This document shows, in pieces, positions 1-6,967 of a stretch of 52,389 bases of DNA. Position 1 is the first letter of the stretch, and every line of letters starts with the position of its first letter. Made by a program: the position numbers and the translations under genes. Source of the DNA: Oscillospiraceae bacterium (GTDB lineage: Bacteria; Bacillota; Clostridia; Oscillospirales; CAG-272); assembly GCA_015064525.1 (NCBI GenBank), contig SVSC01000003.1:1-52389 (forward strand). Reading direction: 5' to 3'. Below the pieces are notes generated by a model. It was not told where the DNA came from, made no database searches, and saw nothing but the letters and a program-made list of their open reading frames with translations.

Positions 1-30
1 TGATTTTATTTTTTCTCCAAGTCTAATCAT
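1..30 (-). CDS. N-terminus of a probable XRE-family helix-turn-helix protein, running off the left edge
   Basis: The minus strand reads ATG ATT AGA CTT GGA GAA AAA ATA AAA TCA (MIRLGEKIKS), a typical XRE start. A GGAG RBS and a TGnTATAAT (76-81) lie upstream. Only 10 codons are visible. Confidence 0.5.
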   Translation of the reverse strand, partial: MIRLGEKIKS

Positions 31-153
31 AATTGTTACTCCAAATTATTTTGAATCAGCGCTCATCCTGATATTATTATAGCACATTCCTTAGTAAAAA
101 CAATAACTCATTCGTAGAGAATTTTTCAAACGTGAGTTGAATTTTCAATATAA

Positions 154-191
154 AAAACGGTATAGTCGTATTTCTACAACTATACCGTTTT
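154..191 (-). terminator. Intrinsic terminator-like hairpin
   Basis: Inverted repeat aaaacggtatag (154-165) / ctataccgtttt (180-191) with flanking A/T tracts. Confidence 0.6.
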
Positions 192-229
192 CTGCTTTAT
201 TGCAGGCACCCTAAGCGGCGTGCTTTTTG

Positions 230-521
230 TTTTGGCAGGGGCGGATGAAAAAGATATTTCGGGGAGTTTTTGTATGGACTTGAACTCACGTACCAAATCA
301 CGCCGCAGGCGTGCATATCATCCGCAACTTGTTGCGGTATATCACCAAGGCGAAAGCCTTGTATATCATCATTGCGAAAGAGGATACAGCCTGCGGCTGA
401 TGATATACACGGCGTTGCCGTGATGATATCCAGCCCCACAGGGGCTGATGATATGCCATTGCTTTCGCAATGGATAAAAAAATTCGACAAGCCGAAACTT
501 GTCGAATTTTTTGGCAGGGGC
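230..521. mobile_element. Putative non-coding mini-element at the tRNA-Trp 3' end (hairpin array between 13 bp direct repeats)
   Basis: Direct repeat ttttggcaggggc at 230-242 and 509-521, the second overlapping the tRNA 3' end. Seven short perfect hairpins are joined by YATATCAY / ATGATATN linkers. Confidence 0.6.
477..512 (-). terminator. Terminator immediately downstream of tRNA-Trp
   Basis: Perfect stem aaaaaattcgacaag-ccgaaa-cttgtcgaatttttt. Confidence 0.8.
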
Positions 522-587
522 AGGAGGATTCGAACCCGCGACCCACGGTTTTGGAGACCGGTACTCTACCAGCTGAGCTATACCCCT
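512..587 (-). tRNA. tRNA-Trp (CCA)
   Basis: Reverse complement AGGGGTATAGCTCAGCTGGTAGAGTACCGGTCTCCAAAACCGTGGGTCGCGGGTTCGAATCCTCCTGCCCCTGCCA: cloverleaf, CCA anticodon, GTTCGAA T-loop, encoded CCA end. Confidence 0.97.
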
Positions 588-615
588 GTGGTGACCTTTT
601 GCTGTCACGCTCGTT

Positions 616-644
616 ATTATACCACACTTTTTCGGAAATTGCAA
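616..644 (-). promoter_or_regulatory. sigmaA-type promoter of tRNA-Trp
   Basis: TTGCAA-17 bp-TATAAT with extended TG on the minus strand. Confidence 0.75.
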
Positions 645-707
645 CCCCTTTTCACACTTTTTTTAAAAAAATATAGCTTTTTTACGAAATGTTTTTTATT
701 CCGTGGG

Positions 708-735
708 TGGGGATTGTGGATTGGTGGTTGGGGAT
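708..735. repeat. Degenerate heptamer tandem repeat
   Basis: tggggat tgtggat tggtggt tggggat. Confidence 0.55.
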
Positions 736-782
736 GTAGGGACACACGCTGTTTGATGAGGCTTTTGCGACGCTCGTCTTGT

Positions 783-1403
783 TTACATCTCCAGCGCGTC
801 AACGATCTCACAGATCTCTCGGTGAATCTCCTCAATCGGTCGCGCCGCGTTGACGATACGAATGTGATCCCGCTCGCGCAAGGCATCAATGGCTGTGAGA
901 AATTTGTTGCGCACCTGCTCCAGCTTTTCCTCGGTTTCGTAAATATCCTGGGTTACTCGGTTTTTCAGGATACGCTCCATGCTTTGTTGGGGGGTTAGGT
1001 CCAGAAAGATGCACAGGTCGGGACTGCGGATTTCGGGGCAGTCCAGATTCATCCGCTTTACCCACTCAAAGTCGGTTTCGCTTCCCTGGTAGGCAAGGGA
1101 CGAATAATAGTAGCGGTCGCAGATCACGTCCACGCCGTCGGCTGTCATTTTGTTAAAGCCGTTGACGGGATTCACGTTGTGGAAGATACGGTCCAGCACA
1201 AACAGCGCCGCCATCTCGCAGGGGGAACGGCGGGAAACGCCGCCCAGCGCATCTCGCAGAAGCCCGCCCGTTACCGATTCGGTTGGCTCTGTGGTGCGGT
1301 AGACTCTTCTGCCTTTTTCCGTGAGGTGCTTTGCCAAAAGCTCGATCTGCGTGGTTTTGCCTGCGCCGTCGATGCCCTCAAAAACAATGAGATTTCCTTT
1401 CAT
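783..1403 (-). CDS. tmk: Thymidylate kinase
   Basis: P-loop FEGIDGAGKTTQ and DRYYYSSLAYQG motif. Confidence 0.95.
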   Translation of the reverse strand: MKGNLIVFEGIDGAGKTTQIELLAKHLTEKGRRVYRTTEPTESVTGGLLRDALGGVSRRSPCEMAALFVLDRIFHNVNPVNGFNKMTADGVDVICDRYYYSSLAYQGSETDFEWVKRMNLDCPEIRSPDLCIFLDLTPQQSMERILKNRVTQDIYETEEKLEQVRNKFLTAIDALRERDHIRIVNAARPIEEIHREICEIVDALEM

Positions 1404-1412
1404 AATCGCTCC

Positions 1413-2120
1413 TTATGCTTTGTCAAGCTTGTTGATTTGTTCCTCCACCGCCTGCAATTCGGCGCGCAGCTTTCTGAGCTCCTGCGCCACAGGGTCGGGA
1501 ATATGAATTTGATCCAGATCGGCGGCAACCCTCTCTCCGTTGCGGCGCACCACCTTTGCGGGAATTCCCACCGCCGTGCTGTTTTCGGGAACCTCTCGCA
1601 GCACAACGGCGTTGGCGGCGATCTTGCTGCCCGAGCCGATCCTCACAGGGCCCAGCACCTTGGCGCCGGCTCCCACCATCACGTTGTTCTCCAGCGTGGG
1701 GTGTCGCTTTCCAACGTCCTTGCCCGTTCCCCCCAAGGTGACCCCTTGGTAGATGGTACAATTATCCCCGATTTCGGCGGTTTCACCGATCACAACGCCC
1801 ATGCCGTGGTCGATAAACAGCCCCTTTCCAATGGTTGCGCCCGGATGGATTTCGATGCCTGTCAGGTGTCTTGCGGCCTGGCTGATTGCTCTGGCGGAAA
1901 AGTATTTTCCTTGCTTGTGGAGTCGGTTGGCAATGCGGTATGCCATCATGGCGTGAACACCCGAATAGAGCAAAAGGATTTCGGCGGTGCTTCTTGCGGC
2001 GGGGTCCCTCTGCTTCACGGCAACAATGGTGTCGGCAACCGATTCCAGCCACTCCTCCTTGTTTCTTTTGCGTTGCTTCAAATAGGCAACAACGGCGTTC
2101 TTGGTTTGCTTCATGCTCAT
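1413..2120 (-). CDS. cysE: Serine O-acetyltransferase
   Basis: RDPAA, GIEIHPGA.IG.GLFIDHG.GVVIGET, GVTLGGTG...KRHPT hexapeptide repeats. Confidence 0.95.
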   Translation of the reverse strand: MSMKQTKNAVVAYLKQRKRNKEEWLESVADTIVAVKQRDPAARSTAEILLLYSGVHAMMAYRIANRLHKQGKYFSARAISQAARHLTGIEIHPGATIGKGLFIDHGMGVVIGETAEIGDNCTIYQGVTLGGTGKDVGKRHPTLENNVMVGAGAKVLGPVRIGSGSKIAANAVVLREVPENSTAVGIPAKVVRRNGERVAADLDQIHIPDPVAQELRKLRAELQAVEEQINKLDKA

Positions 2121-2151
2121 GGGCTAACTCCTTTAAAAGTGGTCTACACTT

Positions 2152-2180
2152 ATTATACACGGAATTTCCGGGTTTGTAAA
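2152..2180 (-). promoter_or_regulatory. sigmaA-type promoter of cysE-tmk
   Basis: TTTACA-17 bp-TATAAT on the minus strand. Confidence 0.6.
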
Positions 2181-2208
2181 TAGTTTTTCGGAAGTTTTGG
2201 AAAAACAG

Positions 2209-2237
2209 TTGACTTTTTGGGCGCGATATGGTATAAT
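2209..2237 (+). promoter_or_regulatory. sigmaA-type promoter of mntP
   Basis: TTGACT-17 bp-TATAAT with extended TG. Confidence 0.8.
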
Positions 2238-2242
2238 AGCGG

Positions 2243-2370
2243 CGTCAATGAGGGAGTTGCGAGCGCCCCTTGACACAGCAGAAATCCGAAGCTCACGTGG
2301 AGCGTTAAGCGATATGTGAGTTCAGACCGAGATCCGATATCGCCTTGCGGTGTGCGGATTTTTCTTTTTG
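2243..2370 (+). promoter_or_regulatory. Structured 5' leader with terminator/antiterminator; candidate non-canonical metal riboswitch
   Basis: Terminator stem atccg..cggat plus T-tract (2332-2369). Antiterminator candidate agaaatccg (2280-2288). The 5' part matches the start of the yybP-ykoY element at 15239-15257 at 18/19 nt. Confidence 0.55.
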
Positions 2371-2405
2371 TTGAAATCTTCATAAACGGAAGGGCGGAAA
2401 CCGAC

Positions 2406-2993
2406 ATGAATCTGAGCTGGGAATTTTTTGTAACCGCCATAGGGCTTGGCTTTGGACTTGCAATGGATGCCTTTTCGGTATCTCTTGCCAACGGCTTGAA
2501 CGAGCCCTGCATGAAGCCTCGTCGCATGGGGCTGATCGCGGGGATTTTTGCGGGCTTTCAGGGAGTGATGCCGCTTCTGGGATGGATCTGTATCCGAACC
2601 GTTGCCGAAAAATTTTCGCTGTTTCAGCGGGCTGTGCCGTGGATTGCTCTGATTCTGCTCTGCTGGATCGGCGGGAAGATGCTCTGGGAGGGCTTGAAGC
2701 CCGATGACTGCGAGAAGGAGGACTGCTGCAGAAGTCTCACCGTGGGGCTGCTGGTTGTGCAGGGGATCGCAACCTCTATTGATGCGCTCTCGGTTGGCTT
2801 CAACATGGTGGATATGCGGTACAGCGCGGGTATGGCGGCTTTCAGCGCTCTGCTGATCGCCGTGGTTACCTTCTTTATCTGCTTTGCGGGACTGTACATC
2901 GGCAAGAAATTCGGCACCAGGCTGGCAAACAAGGCGTCGATTTTGGGCGGCGCCATTCTGGTTGGCATTGGCTTCTGGATCTTTTTCTCCTGA
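2406..2993 (+). CDS. mntP: Manganese efflux pump MntP family membrane protein
   Basis: LAMDAFSVS and IATSIDAL duplicated motifs, about six hydrophobic segments; start set at ATG 2406. Confidence 0.9.
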   Translation: MNLSWEFFVTAIGLGFGLAMDAFSVSLANGLNEPCMKPRRMGLIAGIFAGFQGVMPLLGWICIRTVAEKFSLFQRAVPWIALILLCWIGGKMLWEGLKPDDCEKEDCCRSLTVGLLVVQGIATSIDALSVGFNMVDMRYSAGMAAFSALLIAVVTFFICFAGLYIGKKFGTRLANKASILGGAILVGIGFWIFFS

Positions 2994-3030
2994 CCACGGG
3001 GCATAAACAATACTTTTTTGCGCATACAAT

Positions 3031-3066
3031 AAAGGGGACCTGCTTTTGAGGGCGGGTCTCCTTTTT
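3031..3066 (+). terminator. Intrinsic terminator after mntP
   Basis: aaaggggacctgc / gcgggtctcctttt stem plus T-tract. Confidence 0.75.
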
Positions 3067-3236
3067 CAGGTTTTTCGGCAAAAATTGCATTTGTAGACAG
3101 TTGCATACGGCAAGAAGCTATGGAGTGTTCTCCCTTTTGGGGCGGAAGATGGGCGGTCGACAGAGGAAAGAATGATAAAATATTGTAAAAAACATGACTG
3201 AAATAGGAAAAAACATCAAAAAAAACGGCATTTGTA

Positions 3237-3265
3237 TTGACTTCTGCGCGGAATTGTGCTATAAT
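3237..3265 (+). promoter_or_regulatory. sigmaA-type promoter of the sipW/tasA-like operon
   Basis: TTGACT-17 bp-TATAAT with extended TG. Confidence 0.75.
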
Positions 3266-3332
3266 ACATGATGAGAAACCATCAATTGGTGGATCTGTTC
3301 TTGAAACGACCTTTTATAGAAGGAGGATTCGG

Positions 3333-3839
3333 ATGAATCGTAGGCTGGCATATATTCTGATCGCGGCAATGAGCTTGATGATCGTGGTTGGCATCGTGCT
3401 CTCCGTGCTTTATTACAAGTCTAACGCGGGCAAGGTGGTCGACGATCTGGATTTGAGCGTTACCATCGGAGATCAAACCACAACGAATCGGGAGTTTAAG
3501 CTGGAGAAGCTCATTCCCGGCTCCTCCACGGAATACACCATGCATATCAATGCGAAAAAGCAGGATACCTACGTAGTCACCCTGGATTTCAACGAGCTGA
3601 AGGACAACGGCTTGAAATCGTTGGTGAACGTTCGGTTGATGCTGGGGGATATCCCCATGTATGAGGGAACTCTGGAGTCGCTGCTGGCAGATGGCACCAC
3701 GGTCACCTTTGAGTGCGCACCCTCCGACGACAACAAGGTGTCAATGAAGGTGATCTACTCCATGAGTGTTGACGTTGGAAACGAAGCCATGGGCGCATCC
3801 GCTGATTTCCTTGTGACCCTGACCTCTCAAGCGAAGTAG
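3333..3839 (+). CDS. Membrane-anchored TasA/CalY (camelysin)-like protein
   Basis: AGGAGG RBS; N-terminal TM helix; LIPG and GNEAMGASADF motifs like CalY; no SipW-type T(F/Y)A cleavage motif. Confidence 0.6.
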   Translation: MNRRLAYILIAAMSLMIVVGIVLSVLYYKSNAGKVVDDLDLSVTIGDQTTTNREFKLEKLIPGSSTEYTMHINAKKQDTYVVTLDFNELKDNGLKSLVNVRLMLGDIPMYEGTLESLLADGTTVTFECAPSDDNKVSMKVIYSMSVDVGNEAMGASADFLVTLTSQAK

Positions 3840-3850
3840 GAGTGAAAGCT

Positions 3851-4777
3851 ATGGGTACCGTGAAAAAGACAAAAATCAAAAAAATCGTTGGCATTGCCTG
3901 CAACGTTCTGCTCTACCTGTTCTTGGCGATCGCGATTATTTCCTTGGTAATGTCCCTGATCTCCAGAGACGATTCGGGAGACGGAACCGCCACGCTGTTC
4001 GGCTATCAGATGCGATTGATCGTTTCCGACTCGATGGGCGAATGTGAGGCAACCGACGTGAGCCAATATGAGATCGGAAGCCTGCCCGTTCGCACGATGG
4101 TCTTTGTTGAGACCGTTCCTGAGGACGAGGCAGAGGCGCAGGAGTGGTATGCTTCCCTGAAAAAGGGCGACGTGCTAACCTTCCGCTATACCTACACCAC
4201 GCAGGTTACCATTACCCACCGTATCGTGGACATTTACGCCAAGGAATCCGGTGGCTATATGATCACGCTGGAGGGGGACAACCGAGATTCGGAATCCGAG
4301 CTGATGCAGCAGGTGATCGACACCTCCGCGTCGGGATATAACTACGTGATCGGTAAGGTGACCGGTTCCAGCCGTGTGCTTGGATTTTTCACAAGCCTTC
4401 TGCGGGAGCCTATCGCCCTGGTGCTGATTATCATTGTTCCCTGCGCGATCATCATTGTGCTTGAGGTGATTCGGATCGTTGGAATGTTCCAATCCGACAG
4501 AAGCCGCAAGGAGCAGGAGCAGGAGGACGAGATCGAAGCGCTCCGCCGTCAGCTGGCAGAGGCGCAGAGCCGTCTTACCAATGGGCCCGCGCCCTCGCCT
4601 GATCAGGCTGAGGCGCCTCCCGCCGAGGAGTCCGCTTCCGAGCCCGAGGAGCGGGAAGCCGCAGAGACTGCTGACGCAACGACCTCCGAGGAGGCACCCG
4701 TTACGGAGCAGGAGCAGCATCCCGAGCCCTCCGCTGAGGAGCCCTCCGCCGAGGAAGAAACAAAAGAGGAGGAATGA
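3851..4777 (+). CDS. sipW: SipW-like (S26B, ER/archaeal-type) signal peptidase I with a long acidic C-terminal tail
   Basis: IVSDSM (catalytic Ser), ITHRIV (His), EGDN, VIGKV, flanking TM helices; adjacent genes carry SipW-class signal peptides. Confidence 0.85.
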   Translation: MGTVKKTKIKKIVGIACNVLLYLFLAIAIISLVMSLISRDDSGDGTATLFGYQMRLIVSDSMGECEATDVSQYEIGSLPVRTMVFVETVPEDEAEAQEWYASLKKGDVLTFRYTYTTQVTITHRIVDIYAKESGGYMITLEGDNRDSESELMQQVIDTSASGYNYVIGKVTGSSRVLGFFTSLLREPIALVLIIIVPCAIIIVLEVIRIVGMFQSDRSRKEQEQEDEIEALRRQLAEAQSRLTNGPAPSPDQAEAPPAEESASEPEEREAAETADATTSEEAPVTEQEQHPEPSAEEPSAEEETKEEE

Positions 4778-4780
4778 TCC

Positions 4781-5161
4781 ATGGATCTTGAAAAGATCAT
4801 TATCATATTCGCGTGCGTTGCGCTGGCGCTGACCGTTGCAACCGTCACCCTTTTGGTGGTGGATGCTTATTTCCACAACGGCAAGTTCTACCGCCGCATC
4901 CGCCGCGTGAAAAAGACCAAGCCCGTGAAGGCATCCCGCCCGATGCCGCTTTCCCCCATGAAGGTTCGCCGTCCCGCTCCCGCTCGCGCCGCAGGTCGCT
5001 TCCCCAATGGCGCCATGATCGGTGTATTCGGCGGATTGCTCTCAGGCGTGCTGGTTGCAGCGTATCCCTTCTTTGGAAAAAAGAACAGACGTTGCAGCGT
5101 GTGCTGTAGCGCGAACTGCCGTTGCGGACGTCGCAGAGGAGTTCGCACCTACCGTTTCTGA
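4781..5161 (+). CDS. Small basic membrane protein with a Cys-rich C-terminus (hypothetical)
   Basis: GAGGA RBS, tight coupling to sipW, two hydrophobic segments, CSVCCSANCRC tail. Confidence 0.55.
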   Translation: MDLEKIIIIFACVALALTVATVTLLVVDAYFHNGKFYRRIRRVKKTKPVKASRPMPLSPMKVRRPAPARAAGRFPNGAMIGVFGGLLSGVLVAAYPFFGKKNRRCSVCCSANCRCGRRRGVRTYRF

Positions 5162-5232
5162 TCCGAAGTTAAAGCGCCTCGCGCTTTAATGATAAATGAA
5201 GCCATTTCTCGACAAAAGAAAGGAAAAAAGCC

Positions 5233-5904
5233 ATGACTAAGAAAACAAAAACGCTGTTGCTTTCCACAATGACGCTGATGCTTTGCGTCCTGTTGATCTC
5301 CACTGCTACCTTCGCGCTCTATTCTCAGAGAACCACCATCAGCAACCACCTGGAGGCAGGTAAGTTGGAGGTTGGACTTTGGAGAACGGGCATCAAGCAG
5401 TACACCCTCAACTCCCAGGGATATCTGGAGGAGATTGTTCGCGGCGAAACCGAAAAGACCCCCAGCGAAAAGCCCGTGTTCCAGGATTTCACCGGAAAGG
5501 TTGACGACAACTTCTTCGGTCTCACCGCAGAGAACCTGAAGGCTGTGGTTCCCGGTGCTTGGTTTGAGTCTACCCTGAGAATCGCCAACGGCGGTGACGT
5601 TGCTTTCCGCTACGACGTAACCTTTGAGGGCGTGAACGGTACCGACGAGCTTCTTAAGAAGGTCGACGTCATCGTTACTCCCTGCGATAAGGACGGCAAT
5701 GCCACGGGAGCTTCCGTAACCAGAACCATGTTTGAGCTGGAGTCCGACGGTAAGACCATCAGCTACCTGATGGGCGCAGGCACCGCTGAGCAGTATCTCA
5801 CTGTGAGAGTTGCTTTCTCCCAGACGATCACCACCGAGCTGGATGACGGCGGCGTTTCCTTTGACCTTGTAATCGAGGCAACTCAGTCTGTTGACGGTAA
5901 GTAA
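5233..5904 (+). CDS. TasA/CalY-family protein with SipW-class signal peptide (putative major fibre subunit)
   Basis: Signal ...STATFALYS then N-terminal strand NHLEAGKLEV; VPG, I.N.G and C-terminal EATQ motifs. Confidence 0.8.
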   Translation: MTKKTKTLLLSTMTLMLCVLLISTATFALYSQRTTISNHLEAGKLEVGLWRTGIKQYTLNSQGYLEEIVRGETEKTPSEKPVFQDFTGKVDDNFFGLTAENLKAVVPGAWFESTLRIANGGDVAFRYDVTFEGVNGTDELLKKVDVIVTPCDKDGNATGASVTRTMFELESDGKTISYLMGAGTAEQYLTVRVAFSQTITTELDDGGVSFDLVIEATQSVDGK

Positions 5905-5997
5905 CCCTTCAATCTACATCCGTGCGGCGAGAATTGCTTGGGGCGCCGCTGCAAAAAAATGTTCCCAAGCTGTGAAACCCGAAAAGGAGAACTACCC

Positions 5998-6957
5998 ATG
6001 AATAAAAAAACGTTGTTTTCCTCTGTCATGACCATAGCGCTGTGCTTGTGTCTGATTGCGGGGTCCACGTTTGCACTCTTCACCGCCGAGGACACTGTGG
6101 ATATCGCGGTGACCGCGGGCGGAGTGGAATTGAGAGCCTTCATTCGCAACCATTCGGTGAAGACCTACTGGCTCGGCAACGAGACCGCGCGGGCAGGCGT
6201 GTTCCGCAATGGCGGAACAGCAAGGATCAATGGCGAGGATCTGATCCTCCAAAATATGCTCCCCGGCGATCGTGTTGACGTGACGGTTGATATTCTCAAT
6301 GACAGTAACGTTTCGATCTACTACCGCGTTGTGATGACGGTGGAAGGAAAGCTGGGCGAGGTGCTGGAGGCATCCGCGAACGGAAAAGCGCTTTCCGCAG
6401 CCGTTGACAAGGGGCGCTTGAAGTCCGAGTGGATCCACGTTGAGGCTCCCGTGAACGGAAAGGGAGCCGAGATTGATCCTCTCACCCTGTCGGTGGTGTT
6501 GCCCGAAGCGGTTGACAATGCATACGTGAACGCTCCCGGGCAGGTGAGTATTTCGGTGCAGGCGGTCCAGAGCAACGGCGCGGGAGCCGTGTTCTGCGAC
6601 GGTATTCTCTATTCCTCTGTGGAAGCCGCGTTGGAAAGCGTGCGGTCGGGAGAGGCTGTGCTGGAGCTGGCAGGCAGTGTGAGCTGGGATCCCTCCAAGG
6701 GATATTCCACGGGTGCCTCCGCCATCACCTTCAAGGGGCTGGCGTTTGCCGAGCTGACCCTCGCGGGCAGCGGCGTTGGAGAGCAGAAGCTTTCCACCCT
6801 TCCCATTGCATTTGAGGACATGACGATTATCGACGCTTCCGTGGGCTACGCGGAGAGCGAATGGAACGCGGCATATCAGGCATTCCGTTCCCATGCCACC
6901 TTTGAAAACGTCTCTGTTGTAAGAGGTGACCGTGTGGTCGAAGTTATCGAACAGTAG
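5998..6957 (+). CDS. TasA/CalY-family protein with a short C-terminal extension (putative minor subunit)
   Basis: Signal ...GSTFALFT; MLPGD, I.N.S and QAVQ motifs; extra C-terminal domain after AVQSN. Confidence 0.8.
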   Translation: MNKKTLFSSVMTIALCLCLIAGSTFALFTAEDTVDIAVTAGGVELRAFIRNHSVKTYWLGNETARAGVFRNGGTARINGEDLILQNMLPGDRVDVTVDILNDSNVSIYYRVVMTVEGKLGEVLEASANGKALSAAVDKGRLKSEWIHVEAPVNGKGAEIDPLTLSVVLPEAVDNAYVNAPGQVSISVQAVQSNGAGAVFCDGILYSSVEAALESVRSGEAVLELAGSVSWDPSKGYSTGASAITFKGLAFAELTLAGSGVGEQKLSTLPIAFEDMTIIDASVGYAESEWNAAYQAFRSHATFENVSVVRGDRVVEVIEQ

Positions 6958-6967
6958 GAGCAGAAAA

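Noticed and set aside
299-473. CRISPR array interpretation of the linker/hairpin alternation
   Set aside because: Repeats are only 8 nt, switch orientation midway, the units are 13-18 nt palindromes, and no cas genes are present
197-998. Several short ORFs across the tRNA-Trp region (197..490, 270..998, 298..627, 369..644)
   Set aside because: They overlap the tRNA, its terminator and the hairpin lattice, have no RBS and are not protein-like
2243-2370. NiCo (czcD) or M-box riboswitch call for the mntP leader
   Set aside because: Apart from CAGCAGA, the expected conserved segments are not present
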